From the IMG/VR virus record IMGVR_UViG_3300017963_000242, positions 15,804 through 79,803 of that record: a stretch of 64,000 nt of DNA, one strand, 5' to 3'. Of the stretch, positions 38,211-49,053 are shown piece by piece. Both the position numbers and the translations under genes were made by a program. The DNA comes from a virus. How positions within the stretch are numbered: position 1 is the first letter of the stretch; every line of letters begins with the position of its first letter. The notes beneath the pieces are model-generated. The model ran no database searches, had not been told where the DNA came from, and saw nothing but the letters and a program-made list of their open reading frames with translations.

Positions 38211-39101
38211 TCATTCGACGCGCTCATTTATCGTCTTTATTCTAATGTCTATAGGTGCTGCGACCAATGCGATCAATCGGCATAATGCATTGGCAATCCA
38301 TGCTTTCCAGACAGCCATTTCTTGTTGCTGGAAAATAATTTCTATGGGCCATATTTTTGTAAAAGCCTCTACCTGCTTGGCTTGCATATCGGCCAATTCC
38401 TGCAACACTTGAACAGTCTCTAGTATGGATAATATCTGTCCGCTCATATTATCTCCTGTCTCTCTGAAGTGACTCAATCCCCAACCCGCTCCCACTTCCA
38501 CCCCAGCAGCGCCCAGTGCCACAACCTATGCCACCAGTTTGGTCTATCTGCCAGCGACAAAATCTTAATCGCGCAATGTTCCGGTCTATCCCGGTCTACG
38601 CCAATTATTAGCCGCGAACGTGGCCCTTGTGCATATGTCTCATCCAAGTATAAGCCCGTCGATGAAAATACACCCACCTCTGTATCGGTGCTGTCTATCT
38701 GAAAGTCATTCATACCGCACCCTTCTCCACACTAGTCGGTCTACGCAATAGCCCCCGCCCATGCCAGTTCCGGTTCAATCGGACTAGGCAATTTCCACGG
38801 ACACGGATAGTTCAGTATTCCAAGTGGACCTCTTCCGACTAGCTCAATCCGCGTCCCATTCTACTCTCTCGAATATCTGACTCGGAACAACTCCGCGAAC
38901 GAGGTCGATGCCGCCTTCGACTTTGCCGTCCAGGTGTTCTACCCTCGGCTGTCGCTTGTGTGCGGAGCAACGATAATGTACTGCGTCGCTTACCCACGCC
39001 GTCCCGCCGCTCTCTGTCTCGACTTCTCTCAAGTCTCTTGTGAATTGCAAGGCGGGCTTTTCGCATATTTCACAGACGTGCTCGGTTTTCAAGATTTGCA
39101 T
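38211..39101 (-). CDS. Small hypothetical genes (38211-38447, 38474-38713, 38844-39101)
   Basis: Co-oriented short ORFs between TerL and the portal. Confidence 0.5.
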
Positions 39102-39377
39102 TCGTTTGTCCTGTCTGGTACGGCATCTAATATTGTTTCGCTTTCGCGTCAGTCACACCAACCCCTTTCTTCATAATAAAGCTCCACCAGATTGCTGTTC
39201 CCGCCGCGTCACTTTTTACGGCGTCGCCGCCTATCCCGATCTGTCAGTCGCCCAACACAACCGCGCCCGCCCCGCGTTCTGTGACCAACAATGCGCTCCT
39301 CTTCCCGCCAGCCACGGCTACCGTCTGCGCGCTTGATCCAGGCATGCTTGTATGGATTGTAAACGATATCCATCCAG

Positions 39378-39803
39378 TCAGTCACACCAACCTCTTTCCC
39401 GGCACTCTCGCTCAAGCGCCGACCAGTTTGTCACACTCACATACGGAATCGGTTGTGTCCACGTGGCCCAATATTCCGGCACGTCTACAGCAATCGGCTG
39501 CCCACCTCGAAACGTCCGGCTTGTCAAATCGCCAGCATCTAACGCCCTGGCCTGAAACGAAGGCCAGCCTACCGGAGAGACTGTCACCCAGTCGCCACAC
39601 ACAACCAGCCCGCTCTCAAACGCCTCTTTCGGAAACGCTACCCAAGGGCCAATTGAGCGGTCATAGACAAGCCCGCTGCCCTGGTCGCAGTACAGCGGAT
39701 TGCCAATGTGTTCCGCCTCTGTATACTGCGTCGCTACACCTGTGTATGTGTATGCGTGTGCTGCTATGAGCGATAGCATTAGGATGTGCATTAGACGACC
39801 CAT
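39378..39803 (-). CDS. Secreted RlpA-like double-psi beta-barrel protein
   Basis: Signal-peptide-like N-terminus; GVATQY, WVA, CGDWVTV, ALDAG, IAVDV. Confidence 0.55.
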   Translation of the reverse strand: MGRLMHILMLSLIAAHAYTYTGVATQYTEAEHIGNPLYCDQGSGLVYDRSIGPWVAFPKEAFESGLVVCGDWVTVSPVGWPSFQARALDAGDLTSRTFRGGQPIAVDVPEYWATWTQPIPYVSVTNWSALERECRERGWCD

Positions 39804-41131
39804 CCTGGTTGCGCCTTGCGCCTCGCCTTACGTGAGAGACGGTCAACGTAGGCGCAGATATAGCGAGTGTAGTCTACAGAATGATCATTTTCTTTCACTG
39901 GAACGTCCTTCGCTTTCTTGTCTGCCCACACATAGCCCGGAATCTCTTCTTCCAGACACGTCGGCGCGTGCGATTCCGACAAAGTGTCGTCCTTGTATCT
40001 CAGGCAGTCTCGAACAATGAATAGCCGGTCCTCTGCAAATCGCTGCTGAACATTCGTAATGCCCGGTAGTACATCCGTAAAAGCCGCTACCGCAGGCAAC
40101 CCAGCGCGCCTAAACTTGGCTATGTACGCCGGTTGTTCTGCGCCACATTGCAACGTCTCGAACTTGAATTCTTTGTACAATTCCTTAGCTCGCTCAAGCC
40201 ACCAGTCATCCGTCTCACCTGTACGATAGAGTTGAGCGACTAGGTACATTCGCCCTTCCCAATCGACGGCAAAGACACCCATCGCGCCCGGATTTCGATA
40301 GCCCCAGTCAATCCCAGCCACATAGCGGTGAATGGCCTGCGGAACATCCACCTGATAAATGAGATGGCGCGACTCGGTATACTGCTCATAGACAACGCCT
40401 TCGGACTGTACCCACCGACCGAAACGTAGACGCTCTTTACGCGCACCCGTCAAACTGTCCAGCTTGGCAATATAGTCTAGCCCGAACTCTGTCCAGCCGT
40501 TCTCATTGTCATATAATAGTGGATTCTCTTCGTGCCGACTATTGAGCAAGGTCATCGCCGGGCCGCTCGACCGTCGCTTGATCCAGTGCTGTGGTGGCCC
40601 TGGGTTACAGTCGCCCAACAGTTGACGATAAGGCATTGCCGTGCCACGCAGTCGAGTAATCAATATCTCGACATCGCCCTCGCTAAACTCTTCAGTTTGT
40701 AGGCACAGCACTAAATCAAATTCGCTCGATAGAATTCGACCGGGCTTATCAATCCCGCCTGTATTGATCTGGCTTCCGTTATCGTAAAGGTAGACTTGGC
40801 GATTTGGCCTCTTGGGACCATTGAGCACCATCGGGTGGTCTAGGCCGAGCACGAACTTTTCAAATGTTTGTAGGCCCGTCTCGCTCAGGCTTGTGCGCGT
40901 CTTGCGTACAATGAGCGCACGAGTACCAGGATATGTTAAGCAGCAGTAGTTTAGCTTCTCAAGGCCAGCGCGTGTTTTGCCTGTCCCGGCAGGTCCAGAG
41001 ATGAGAATGGCCGCCGCCGCGCTTGCCAGTAGTTCAACTTGCGTCCCGCGAGGCGCGTACTTGTTCCTCGGATTGATCCCCTTCGGGATGTCTTTCTCTA
41101 ATCTCTGCCAATACTCGGTGATAGAATGCAT
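39791..41131 (-). CDS. terL: Terminase large subunit
   Basis: GPAGTGKT Walker A, DCNP, GIDWG, NDHSVDYTRY nuclease motifs. Confidence 0.92.
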   Translation of the reverse strand: MHSITEYWQRLEKDIPKGINPRNKYAPRGTQVELLASAAAAILISGPAGTGKTRAGLEKLNYCCLTYPGTRALIVRKTRTSLSETGLQTFEKFVLGLDHPMVLNGPKRPNRQVYLYDNGSQINTGGIDKPGRILSSEFDLVLCLQTEEFSEGDVEILITRLRGTAMPYRQLLGDCNPGPPQHWIKRRSSGPAMTLLNSRHEENPLLYDNENGWTEFGLDYIAKLDSLTGARKERLRFGRWVQSEGVVYEQYTESRHLIYQVDVPQAIHRYVAGIDWGYRNPGAMGVFAVDWEGRMYLVAQLYRTGETDDWWLERAKELYKEFKFETLQCGAEQPAYIAKFRRAGLPAVAAFTDVLPGITNVQQRFAEDRLFIVRDCLRYKDDTLSESHAPTCLEEEIPGYVWADKKAKDVPVKENDHSVDYTRYICAYVDRLSRKARRKAQPGWVV

Positions 41132-41678
41132 CCATCGCCGCCTTTGCTTCTTCTGGATTCAAGCCGACCTGCTTGACCTCGATTTCGCCATCCTTGCCCG
41201 TGCCGCTATGCTGAACCTTCGTCGTAGCATACACGCCGAAAATCTTGCACCGCTGCTCAATACACCATTGAATGCCAGTCAAGAATCGCGGGTCGCCTGC
41301 TTGCCCTTTGCGCGTGCGCTCCACTGTGCTTGTATGAACCTGGCCCGGAGTATCGCCCGGCTGCCCTCGCTGTCTGACTGTCTCTGTGTCCTCACAACTT
41401 CGCAACCACGCATTCCAGTATGTGACCTCTAAGTGATTGATTCGAGCAAGCTCTTGCGCCTTTGCGTCGTCAATGTCGGCTAGTCCAGATTCGCGCCAAC
41501 TCTTGACCAACACGCCGATGTCATAGCTAACCATCTGCTGTGTGAGCGTATAGTCGCGGCTATCGTCCTCGTTAATCTTCTCGGCAATCTCGGCCTGCTT
41601 CCAGCCTTGCAGATACCAGTCTGCAATCTGGCGTCTATCTCGCTCTATTTGAATCTGTGTTCGTTTATTCGCTGCCAT
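41034..41678 (-). CDS. terS: Terminase small subunit (HTH)
   Basis: YLQG.KQ.EIA HTH; upstream of TerL; HSGTGKDG tail. Confidence 0.7.
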   Translation of the reverse strand: MAANKRTQIQIERDRRQIADWYLQGWKQAEIAEKINEDDSRDYTLTQQMVSYDIGVLVKSWRESGLADIDDAKAQELARINHLEVTYWNAWLRSCEDTETVRQRGQPGDTPGQVHTSTVERTRKGQAGDPRFLTGIQWCIEQRCKIFGVYATTKVQHSGTGKDGEIEVKQVGLNPEEAKAAMDAFYHRVLAEIRERHPEGDQSEEQVRASRDAS

Positions 41679-41770
41679 ACTACAATACAAACCTCATATA
41701 CAAACCTAGCAGTCAGTGCTTGCTATCGCGGCCCTACCCCTCCGTCAGTTTTGGCATGGCGCTCATTGCG

Positions 41771-42253
41771 TTATTGGCTCTCAATATACTTTTTAGCTGG
41801 GAGCAATAGCGGGCCACCCCCGATCAAAATGATAGCTTCGCTCACCGTCACGGTCAGCAATGACAACCAGAACAGATCGATCTCAAGCGCCCATAGCATC
41901 ACCGCAACCGCCGCCCCTGTCGTCGCCGCATATACGAACAGTGGAACGGCGATCCACTTTCTTTGCAAGGCTCGGTAGATGGTCCAGGCGAGCAGTCCAC
42001 CAGCCATATCAGTCAGCGGCATCCATACCAGTTCCCACGGTCCGACAAAGGGGCTGGTCAAGTTTGCGATCAACGTCCCGATGCCAATACCCAAGCACAA
42101 GAACGGATCAAACAACACGAATACCTTGAGCGCCTCGCTCGCTCTGAACTGGATCGGCCCAAACGAGAGCGGCGAGATGCCCACGGTGAGCACCACATAC
42201 AACGCCGCCACGATTGCAATCAAAACCACTCTTTTCGTCGTCAGTTTCATCAT
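41771..42253 (-). CDS. queT: QueT-family queuosine-precursor transporter (ECF S component)
   Basis: AALYVVLT...PLSFGPIQFRASEAL...G.LIANL.SP; five TM-like segments. Confidence 0.85.
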   Translation of the reverse strand: MMKLTTKRVVLIAIVAALYVVLTVGISPLSFGPIQFRASEALKVFVLFDPFLCLGIGIGTLIANLTSPFVGPWELVWMPLTDMAGGLLAWTIYRALQRKWIAVPLFVYAATTGAAVAVMLWALEIDLFWLSLLTVTVSEAIILIGGGPLLLPAKKYIESQ

Positions 42254-42299
42254 AACTCCTGTCTTTGTTGCGCGGGTGACTGCGACCGCGCCGATTTTG

Positions 42300-43484
42300 T
42301 TAAGCCGGGTTGTCGGAACCGGCATAAAGCTCGTTCACCTTCCACCCTACATTGCCCAGCGAAATAGACAGAGCGATGTAGGCGGGATTGACACGAGTGT
42401 CAATCCCGTATGCTGGCAAGTCCTTCCGCGTCCCATCGGGTAACACCGCGCCCCCCACTTGCGCGATTTTGCTTAGATAGTTATTGTCAAAACTTACCAC
42501 ATCGTCACCTAGCGCCGCCATGTGTGCAAGCTGTGCCTTCCAGCTTCCGCCCAGCAGATGAACACGCCGCCCTTTGAACGCCTCTGTAGGCAAAGGTGTA
42601 CCGCCGTGGGAGGTAGGCACAGAGTAGCCCAGCACATAGCGATCTGGTATTTGATCAAGCACGTCCACTTTCGGGATCACAATCACGTTCTCAGCGTACT
42701 GCTCAAGCTCCATCGCCCAATCAAGCACCTGGGGCAATTCGCAGAACTCGATACCGACTTCGTCACACTGTGACTTGCTCATATAATCGCGCACGGTAGC
42801 GTACTTGGGCCGTCCCTCTCGGCAAGCTGCCAAATGCTTACCGTGGTCGTATTTCTCGTAATCGCAATCAACAAACATAAGGCCGTGACTGCCCATTATG
42901 TTCATATTTGGACAAAATGCCTTTCCTGATTGTAGCCCATAGCCGAACCCGGCCATAGCCGCCAAGCAACACGACGCCGGAAAAGTGGCAGTATAAATCG
43001 CATCAATCGGTAGCTGGCGCGGATTCGGTTTGGCGCTCTTCGGTACGCCTAACAAATCTCCCGGCTCATCCCACCCCACCAACTCCCCCTCTTCGAACCC
43101 CCAGTCGAGCAGGTCGGACATCTCGAACGACGACGCCAACTCATCCCAGTCCCACTGGCCCGTCGTGCCCTTGTGCAAGTACACCACCAACTTTTGCCGC
43201 TCTTGCTCCGTCAGCGCCCGCGACGACACGCGCACGTCTACCTCGTAATCCGGGCCAAACTGCGGCAGCACGCTCCACACGAGTTTTCTCTGATGCCCAT
43301 CATACACTTCGTTAGTCGGGCCTATGGCGATGGTTTGAATCTGGCCGAACTCAGCCAGCGACTCGCCCAGCCGCTCGGCCTCACGTTTGTTGATCTCACG
43401 CGGGTTGTGCTCCCACGGAACAAGATCACGTAGCTTGCGGCGCTCATTCGTCCAAGTTATCGGTTCACTGTGCAAGTCGCCCAT
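42300..43484 (-). CDS. ParB-like N-domain fused to a TGT/DpdA-like (DUF6610-like) domain
   Basis: LVPWEHNPR...SL.EFG...DGHQR; C-terminal ATVRD, IVIPK, LGYSVPT, VHLLGGS, VVSFD. Confidence 0.7.
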   Translation of the reverse strand: MGDLHSEPITWTNERRKLRDLVPWEHNPREINKREAERLGESLAEFGQIQTIAIGPTNEVYDGHQRKLVWSVLPQFGPDYEVDVRVSSRALTEQERQKLVVYLHKGTTGQWDWDELASSFEMSDLLDWGFEEGELVGWDEPGDLLGVPKSAKPNPRQLPIDAIYTATFPASCCLAAMAGFGYGLQSGKAFCPNMNIMGSHGLMFVDCDYEKYDHGKHLAACREGRPKYATVRDYMSKSQCDEVGIEFCELPQVLDWAMELEQYAENVIVIPKVDVLDQIPDRYVLGYSVPTSHGGTPLPTEAFKGRRVHLLGGSWKAQLAHMAALGDDVVSFDNNYLSKIAQVGGAVLPDGTRKDLPAYGIDTRVNPAYIALSISLGNVGWKVNELYAGSDNPA

Positions 43485-43500
43485 ACTCTACCTTTCCAAC

Positions 43501-43534
43501 ACAAAACGCGGCGAACCAAACATCTCGCCGCGTT
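43501..43534 (-). terminator. Hairpin plus T-tract directly upstream of the first late gene
   Basis: AACGCGGCGA...TCGCCGCGTT TTGT. Confidence 0.55.
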
Positions 43535-43816
43535 ACTTACTAATGTAGAAAAACCAGGCTGGTCGCCTGGCTGAATGTCGTCCCGATGCTGTTGTTATAG
43601 CATCGTCCATTTGTAGTCCTAAATCGGGGCGTGGACAAGACGGGGGGGAGCCTTATCCACAACCCCATGAACAAGCGCATTTGCGCTTTTCACCAAAGAC
43701 CGCGCCGCCGTTGTCTACTCACTCATCCCGATTACGACGACGCGGCCCTAAGGAGAACACAGAACCGAAAGACTGTTGCCCAAGCAGTAGAAAGGAAGGT
43801 TCTGTATCACATTCTC

Positions 43817-43845
43817 ATTATACTCGATTCCCGGCAGGATGTCAA
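43817..43845 (-). promoter_or_regulatory. Leftward sigma70 promoter (morphogenesis arm)
   Basis: Perfect TTGACA-17-TATAAT. Confidence 0.85.
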
Positions 43846-43884
43846 GCTATATCCCAAACAAATCCCAATCCAGACTGGTCATAT

Positions 43885-43938
43885 CCCAACCTTAAATTTC
43901 CAAAAAGACTTGACAACTTCCAGAAAAGGTGCTATAAT
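43885..43938 (+). promoter_or_regulatory. Rightward sigma70 promoter with upstream CCCAACCTTAAATTT box
   Basis: TTGACA 43910, TATAAT 43933, 17-bp spacer, extended TG. Confidence 0.85.
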
Positions 43939-43978
43939 ACTTATGAGGTTAAGGAACCCGACACACAAGGAGGCCCAA

Positions 43979-44368
43979 ATGAAGACCTACAGCAAGCGGT
44001 ATCTTGAGAGCCTAGATGTTCGATTTGACCGAGTTCCTAATCTGAACGAAGTCGAAGTCTCTTGGAAAGAGCGCGGATATAGACAGGCTTTGCGGGTCTG
44101 CGCAATGAACAGCGACAAATTCTGCATTGCAAGACCTGGCCTTGGTGGAACGTTTCGGCTCTCTTATGACTGGGTATTCCAGACCCTTCCACTCGTTGGA
44201 ACTGGACCGAAGACAATCAAGGCGCACCTGCTCGACAGCAGGCACACCTGCTACCGCTATACTCACCATGGCGATGAACTGATGACGAACCTGTTAACCT
44301 CGATGCTAGACGTGGCACGCAAGATGCTGCTGAAAGAGGTTGCCCAACACGAAAGGAAATCCAGATGA
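43979..44368 (+). CDS. Hypothetical early protein
   Basis: ATG with RBS AAGGAGG after the promoter. Confidence 0.65.
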   Translation: MKTYSKRYLESLDVRFDRVPNLNEVEVSWKERGYRQALRVCAMNSDKFCIARPGLGGTFRLSYDWVFQTLPLVGTGPKTIKAHLLDSRHTCYRYTHHGDELMTNLLTSMLDVARKMLLKEVAQHERKSR

Positions 44369-44973
44369 ACAAGTGCCCAAACTGCAAGAAAACTTTTGTA
44401 GACATTGGCGAGGGATGCCGAGAGATTCTTGGATGCCCCAAGTGTGGACTCTATAAAGAGGACGCCGAACGAGTAGTTCAGAACCAGCGCAATCGCGCGC
44501 CCATCCCCGCCCCCGAACCCACCCCCGAACCAGAACCCGAAGATACCTGGACCGCCGACTGCAAGTGGATGAAAAGGTTGACACTCAAAATGGCCGAAGA
44601 ACACGGTCTTGAAATGAGAGTCACCTGGGGGAAAGCGTATAGCTGGCATCGCAAGCGCGGCGGCCAACCCCACCGCATCCACTACGGAGCCGAGGACATC
44701 TTTGACACCAAGACTAATGGGATGCGCGAGTATCCCACTTGGGCGCACATCTGGCGCGCCCAGAGCAAAATCACCCGCGACCACAACGTGGCCCTCCTTG
44801 TCGATATGACTGGACGCAAGGGATTGTGGGGCGTCGTCCTCCACGAATTTGGGCACGCGGTGGCGAAAGAAAACGGATACCGGGTGCGCGGCAGCGCACA
44901 TAATGAAGGTTGGGCGAGCGCGGTCAAAGACCTTCAGGAGCTTTATCCATTTGAAGAAGTCAATAGCCTGTAG
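44365..44973 (+). CDS. SprT-like zinc metalloprotease domain protein
   Basis: VVLHEFGH...AHNEGW; N-terminal CxxC pairs. Confidence 0.6.
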   Translation: MNKCPNCKKTFVDIGEGCREILGCPKCGLYKEDAERVVQNQRNRAPIPAPEPTPEPEPEDTWTADCKWMKRLTLKMAEEHGLEMRVTWGKAYSWHRKRGGQPHRIHYGAEDIFDTKTNGMREYPTWAHIWRAQSKITRDHNVALLVDMTGRKGLWGVVLHEFGHAVAKENGYRVRGSAHNEGWASAVKDLQELYPFEEVNSL

Positions 44974-45044
44974 AAAGGACTCAACTCCTGCAAAACCTGC
45001 TATAATGTGTATGAAGTTAAAAACACCCACCCAGGAGGCACAAT

Positions 45045-46437
45045 ATGAGCAGCTACGACGAACTGATGGGAAAAGTTAACCGAAGAGCAGAAGCCCGACG
45101 CGCAAGCGACCGAGCGGTCGCCAAGGCCACCCGGCAGACCATCGAAGAGTTTGACGCAGACGCCACCGCACCCGACCCGCGCACCGAAGACGAGCCTCTG
45201 CCCAAGCCGACCAGGTGGCACAGCGCCCATAGAGCCAGTCAGATTGCCGACCAGCTTTCTTCTGGTGAATTTAGCAAAGCCACAGCCTGGACCTATGAAG
45301 TGGTTCTCGATGACAAAGACGATGATTATGCCGCCGTCGCCGTGTTCGATGAGACCGGCGAATTTGTGACCTACTGGAACTAGCACCAGAAAGGAATCAC
45401 CCAATGACCAGTCAAATGCCGACCATCGGCCTTGACCATCTGACCCCCGAAGAACGCAAAATCGCGCAAGGAATTGTCGCCAGCCGTGGCAAGAACAAAG
45501 GCCGCTTGCGGGCCAGCAAGCCCAAGGTCGAGCGACACATCGCCCGCTACGAGCACTATGACTTGCCCAGTGGCCCTTACGAAAGCCCAGTCTATGAACC
45601 CGACCGCGACCAAGGCGAAACCGCCTATGTCTGGCGGATGGTGGCCTTTGCAGTCAGTCCCAAGAGCCAGCACCATTGCCTGCCTTGTACCGCCGGCTTT
45701 GACATTCCCGGCAAGTGGAGCGAGAAACGCGCCAGGCTGGACGAATTGAACGCCCTGGCCGACAAGATCATCAGTGTTATCCCTGCCCGCCAACATCGCG
45801 GCACAATCCGGTGGGGACAAGCCTTCGGGCAAATCGGAACGCCCCAAGTTGCGCCTGATGGTTCGATAGTTTATCGCTAGTCTCCCGCCCAGCCCGGAGC
45901 CGCTAGGTTCCGGGCACTATAGAAAGGAAATCCCGATGACAGATCAAGTTAACCGCCCCGACTTCGTGACAGATGACCACTTGGAATATCTTGATGCCTT
46001 GCGCGAAAGCGGCGCAACCAATATGTTCGGCGCGACACCATATGTAGAATCTACCTTCGGAATGAGCCGAAAAGAAGCCATGGCTGTGCTTATGTACTGG
46101 ATGAACACGTTCTCAGAGCGCCATTCCGATGACTAACATCGCCATCCCACCCACCGAGCCATATCCATTCGGCACGGTATTGTCCATCAAGCCCGGTCGC
46201 CACGAACTGCTAACCGCTGTGGTATTCAGCAGCGACCCGCCCAAGTGTGGCAACGGTTATAGGTATCGGTGTCTCTTTCCCTGGATCGGCCACCGGCCAC
46301 AAGTCGCCAAAGTCTACTCCGACGAAATCCTTGCTGTGGCCGACCAAGACGCCGGTGACATCCTATGCAGTGGATGTTCACCTGCTACCCGTGAGCGTTG
46401 TCGCTTGCAAGGCATCACGCCTCAAACGTGCTGCTAG
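45045..46437 (+). CDS. Hypothetical early genes (45045-45383, 45404-45880, 45936-46136, 46129-46437)
   Basis: Strong RBS; extended -10 TGCTATAAT at about 44998-45006. Confidence 0.6.
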
Positions 46438-46449
46438 AAAGGAAACCTA

Positions 46450-47496
46450 ATGACTGAGAATTTTGACTGGACAGCGTTTCAAGACGAAGTTGACTATGCA
46501 TCATACTCCCTCGACGATGACAAGCTGCGCGTTTTCTCTGGCCGTGTGACATCCGAACTGTACGACGAATTCAAGTCGAACGGCTGGAATCGAGCCTACA
46601 AGCAAGGCTGCTTTTTCGCCAAATGGACGCCACGGCGAGAAGACATTGCCCTTGCTCTTTGTGAAGAAATCGTAGACGAAGACTCGACCGCCGAAGACCG
46701 AGCAAAAGAACGATCCGAACGGTTTGCCGGATACTCTGAGCACGCCACCGAACGCGCCCAAGACGCACGCGACCGATCTGACGCCATCAGTCGAAACATT
46801 CCATTCGGTCAGCCTATCCTCGTAGGACACCACAGCGAGAAACGCCATCGGCGCGATATTGACCGGATGTGGAAGTTGACCGGAAAGTCTGTCGAAGAGG
46901 GCCGCAAGGCTGAATACTGGCAGCGTCGAGCAGATGCCGCCATACGTCATGCCGAGGCCCGATACGAACCTGGCAAGATTGCGCGGCGCGTTAAAAAGTT
47001 AGGTGCTGAAAAGCGCAAGAAACAGCGCGAGAGAAACACCAACAAGTCGCACATGCGCGAGTATGTCATCAAAGACCATTATCCCGACTTGGCCTACTAT
47101 GACCGTCCTCGCTATGGCGAACTGGACAATACCGAGCGTTCAAAAGTGGACGCCGACATCGCCGCCCGTGTTGCCCGACACGAACAATGGTCTGACCGCT
47201 GGATCGAGCACCTGGACAGTCAGATCGCCTACTGGCAAGCTATCTATAACGAGGTCAAGCCGGACGACCTGCCTGAAGCTGGCGAGCAGTTTCCGCTCAA
47301 GAAGGGCTGCTGGGTGAAATCGTCCTATTATCGAGGCGCGTGGGGCAAGGTCCAGCGCGTGAACAAAAGCCGTGACAAACGAATCAGCAGCGTAACGATT
47401 GACGAAAACAACGTTATCGGTGTAAAGTTCTTTGTACGCCGATGGGACTATACCGAACTGACTGCCTGGTCAGAGACAAGGCCGGAGGTAGAGTGA
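46450..47496 (+). CDS. DUF3560 domain protein
   Basis: IPFGQPILVGHHSEKRHRR signature. Confidence 0.85.
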   Translation: MTENFDWTAFQDEVDYASYSLDDDKLRVFSGRVTSELYDEFKSNGWNRAYKQGCFFAKWTPRREDIALALCEEIVDEDSTAEDRAKERSERFAGYSEHATERAQDARDRSDAISRNIPFGQPILVGHHSEKRHRRDIDRMWKLTGKSVEEGRKAEYWQRRADAAIRHAEARYEPGKIARRVKKLGAEKRKKQRERNTNKSHMREYVIKDHYPDLAYYDRPRYGELDNTERSKVDADIAARVARHEQWSDRWIEHLDSQIAYWQAIYNEVKPDDLPEAGEQFPLKKGCWVKSSYYRGAWGKVQRVNKSRDKRISSVTIDENNVIGVKFFVRRWDYTELTAWSETRPEVE

Positions 47497-49053
47497 ATAT
47501 CACAGAAGCCCAAGTGTCCCAAGTTGAGAAGCGCGGTGATGCATATGCTATCCCACCTATTATAGTTTGCAAGAGGCATCTGCATCTTGCCCTAACCGTG
47601 CTCTATGATCTGATGCAGTACGGCGAGTCGTTGACGCAAGTCGCCCCACTGAAACAGCGGCTCGACGTTCCACCCAAGTGGACTCGGCGCGATATAGAGC
47701 AGTACATTGAACTGAACAGTGGTCGCATCGTCATCGACGAATGGCTCAGTCCGGTCGGATGGACTGGACACATCGAGCCTGTTGAAACCCAACCTTAAAT
47801 TTTAGCAAAAGGCTTGACAAAACCTTGCAAATCTGCTATAATATTTGTGAGGTTGAAAACGCCCACACAAGGAGATGCAGATGCTAAAGTTGGTTCAGAG
47901 ACAGAAGATGGATTTTCTCAGAGTTTGGAACCTTGGATATAGACTGTTCGATCAGTTCCGTGGGGATAGCCTAAGTGGCATTGACGACTTGTCAATGCTC
48001 AGTGTCTATGATACCGAAACCGGACAGTACCACCCGTTTAACCGCGAAGACTTGTCCGCTGCGGTCAACGCCGCCAACAAAAAGACCCCGATGCGCCATC
48101 AGCACACATACCGGCTCTATGCAAGATTCCACAGAACGTTCACCGGTAAGCTCCGGTTCGACGGTGTTGAGATCATCGACGCCTTGGCTTTGACCAGCCC
48201 CAGTGGTTGCGCTGTCAGGCTCGGCAAGGAAGAGGTGAACCTGTAATGGCATACTTGGTGATTTCATCTAGGCGACCCGGAACCCCCAGGCCCCCGGCCA
48301 AGGTCCACGTCAGGGGCAACCAAGCCTCTTTCACCACCCCGTACTACAAGGGGTGGGCCGTTGACGAATTCAAAAACTCCGTTCCCTGGCAAGCGCGACG
48401 CTGGGATGAAGGCACTAAAACGTGGTCGTGTAAAGTCGAGTATCTCGAACAGATGACCGAATTCGCTGACTGCTTTGGAGATGTCAAGATTATCAAGGAT
48501 GCGGCACAATGACAACCCGCATTGTTTGCAAGCATCACCTAGACAGCGTTGTCGCCTCGTTCAAGCCAGAAGAGGACTTGGCCCAAGGTATCCAGCTTTA
48601 TCAGTTGAGCGGCTGGCCCTATCTTCTCAAGCCGTGTGGATGCCCGGACCAACAAGACCCGCCTGACTGCTACGAACCACTGACGCCCGAACAGGTACGC
48701 CAGTGGATGGAGGCGCATTGATGACGACAACCTGCATTTATCGCTATTCAGTTCACGGGCAGCGTGATCAATACCGACCTGATGAACCGGTAGCGCTATT
48801 GCACCAATGGTGTGGGCAGTTTTGGCGCAAGACTTCAGAGCCAGTCTGCCAAAACTGCCCACACCAACGGCCATTTGACGAATACGACGAAGATGGTTTA
48901 CTTCGTCTGATTTGCCGTATCGTGCGAGATTCTATTCAGGCAGCGCAACATGGTATGCCGGAACAGGCACGCGTCGCGGTAGCGTGGTCTGTGATAGGCG
49001 GTATGGATGTAGATGTCGCCACGCGCGCGATAAGGAAGGCTATAAATGATTGA
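47493..49053 (+). CDS. Hypothetical early genes (47493-47798, 47875-48246, 48246-48512, 48509-48721, 48721-49053)
   Basis: Coupled ORFs; 48246-48512 has a HARP-like RRWDEGTKTW motif. Confidence 0.55.
47788..47842 (+). promoter_or_regulatory. sigma70 promoter with upstream CCCAACCTTAAATTT box
   Basis: TTGACA 47814, TATAAT 47837. Confidence 0.85.

Noticed and set aside
256-43400. Numerous plus-strand ORFs (e.g. 435-1220, 9529-10377, 34947-35864)
   Set aside because: Antisense shadows of well-supported minus-strand genes, with no RBS or motifs.
43485-43812. preQ1 riboswitch upstream of the queT-containing operon
   Set aside because: No short stem plus A-rich 3' tail matching preQ1-I was recognised on the coding strand; kept only as an unassigned structured leader.
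43631-43978. N-terminal extension of ORF 43631-44368
   Set aside because: It overlaps the divergent promoters; the real start is ATG 43979 with an AAGGAGG RBS.
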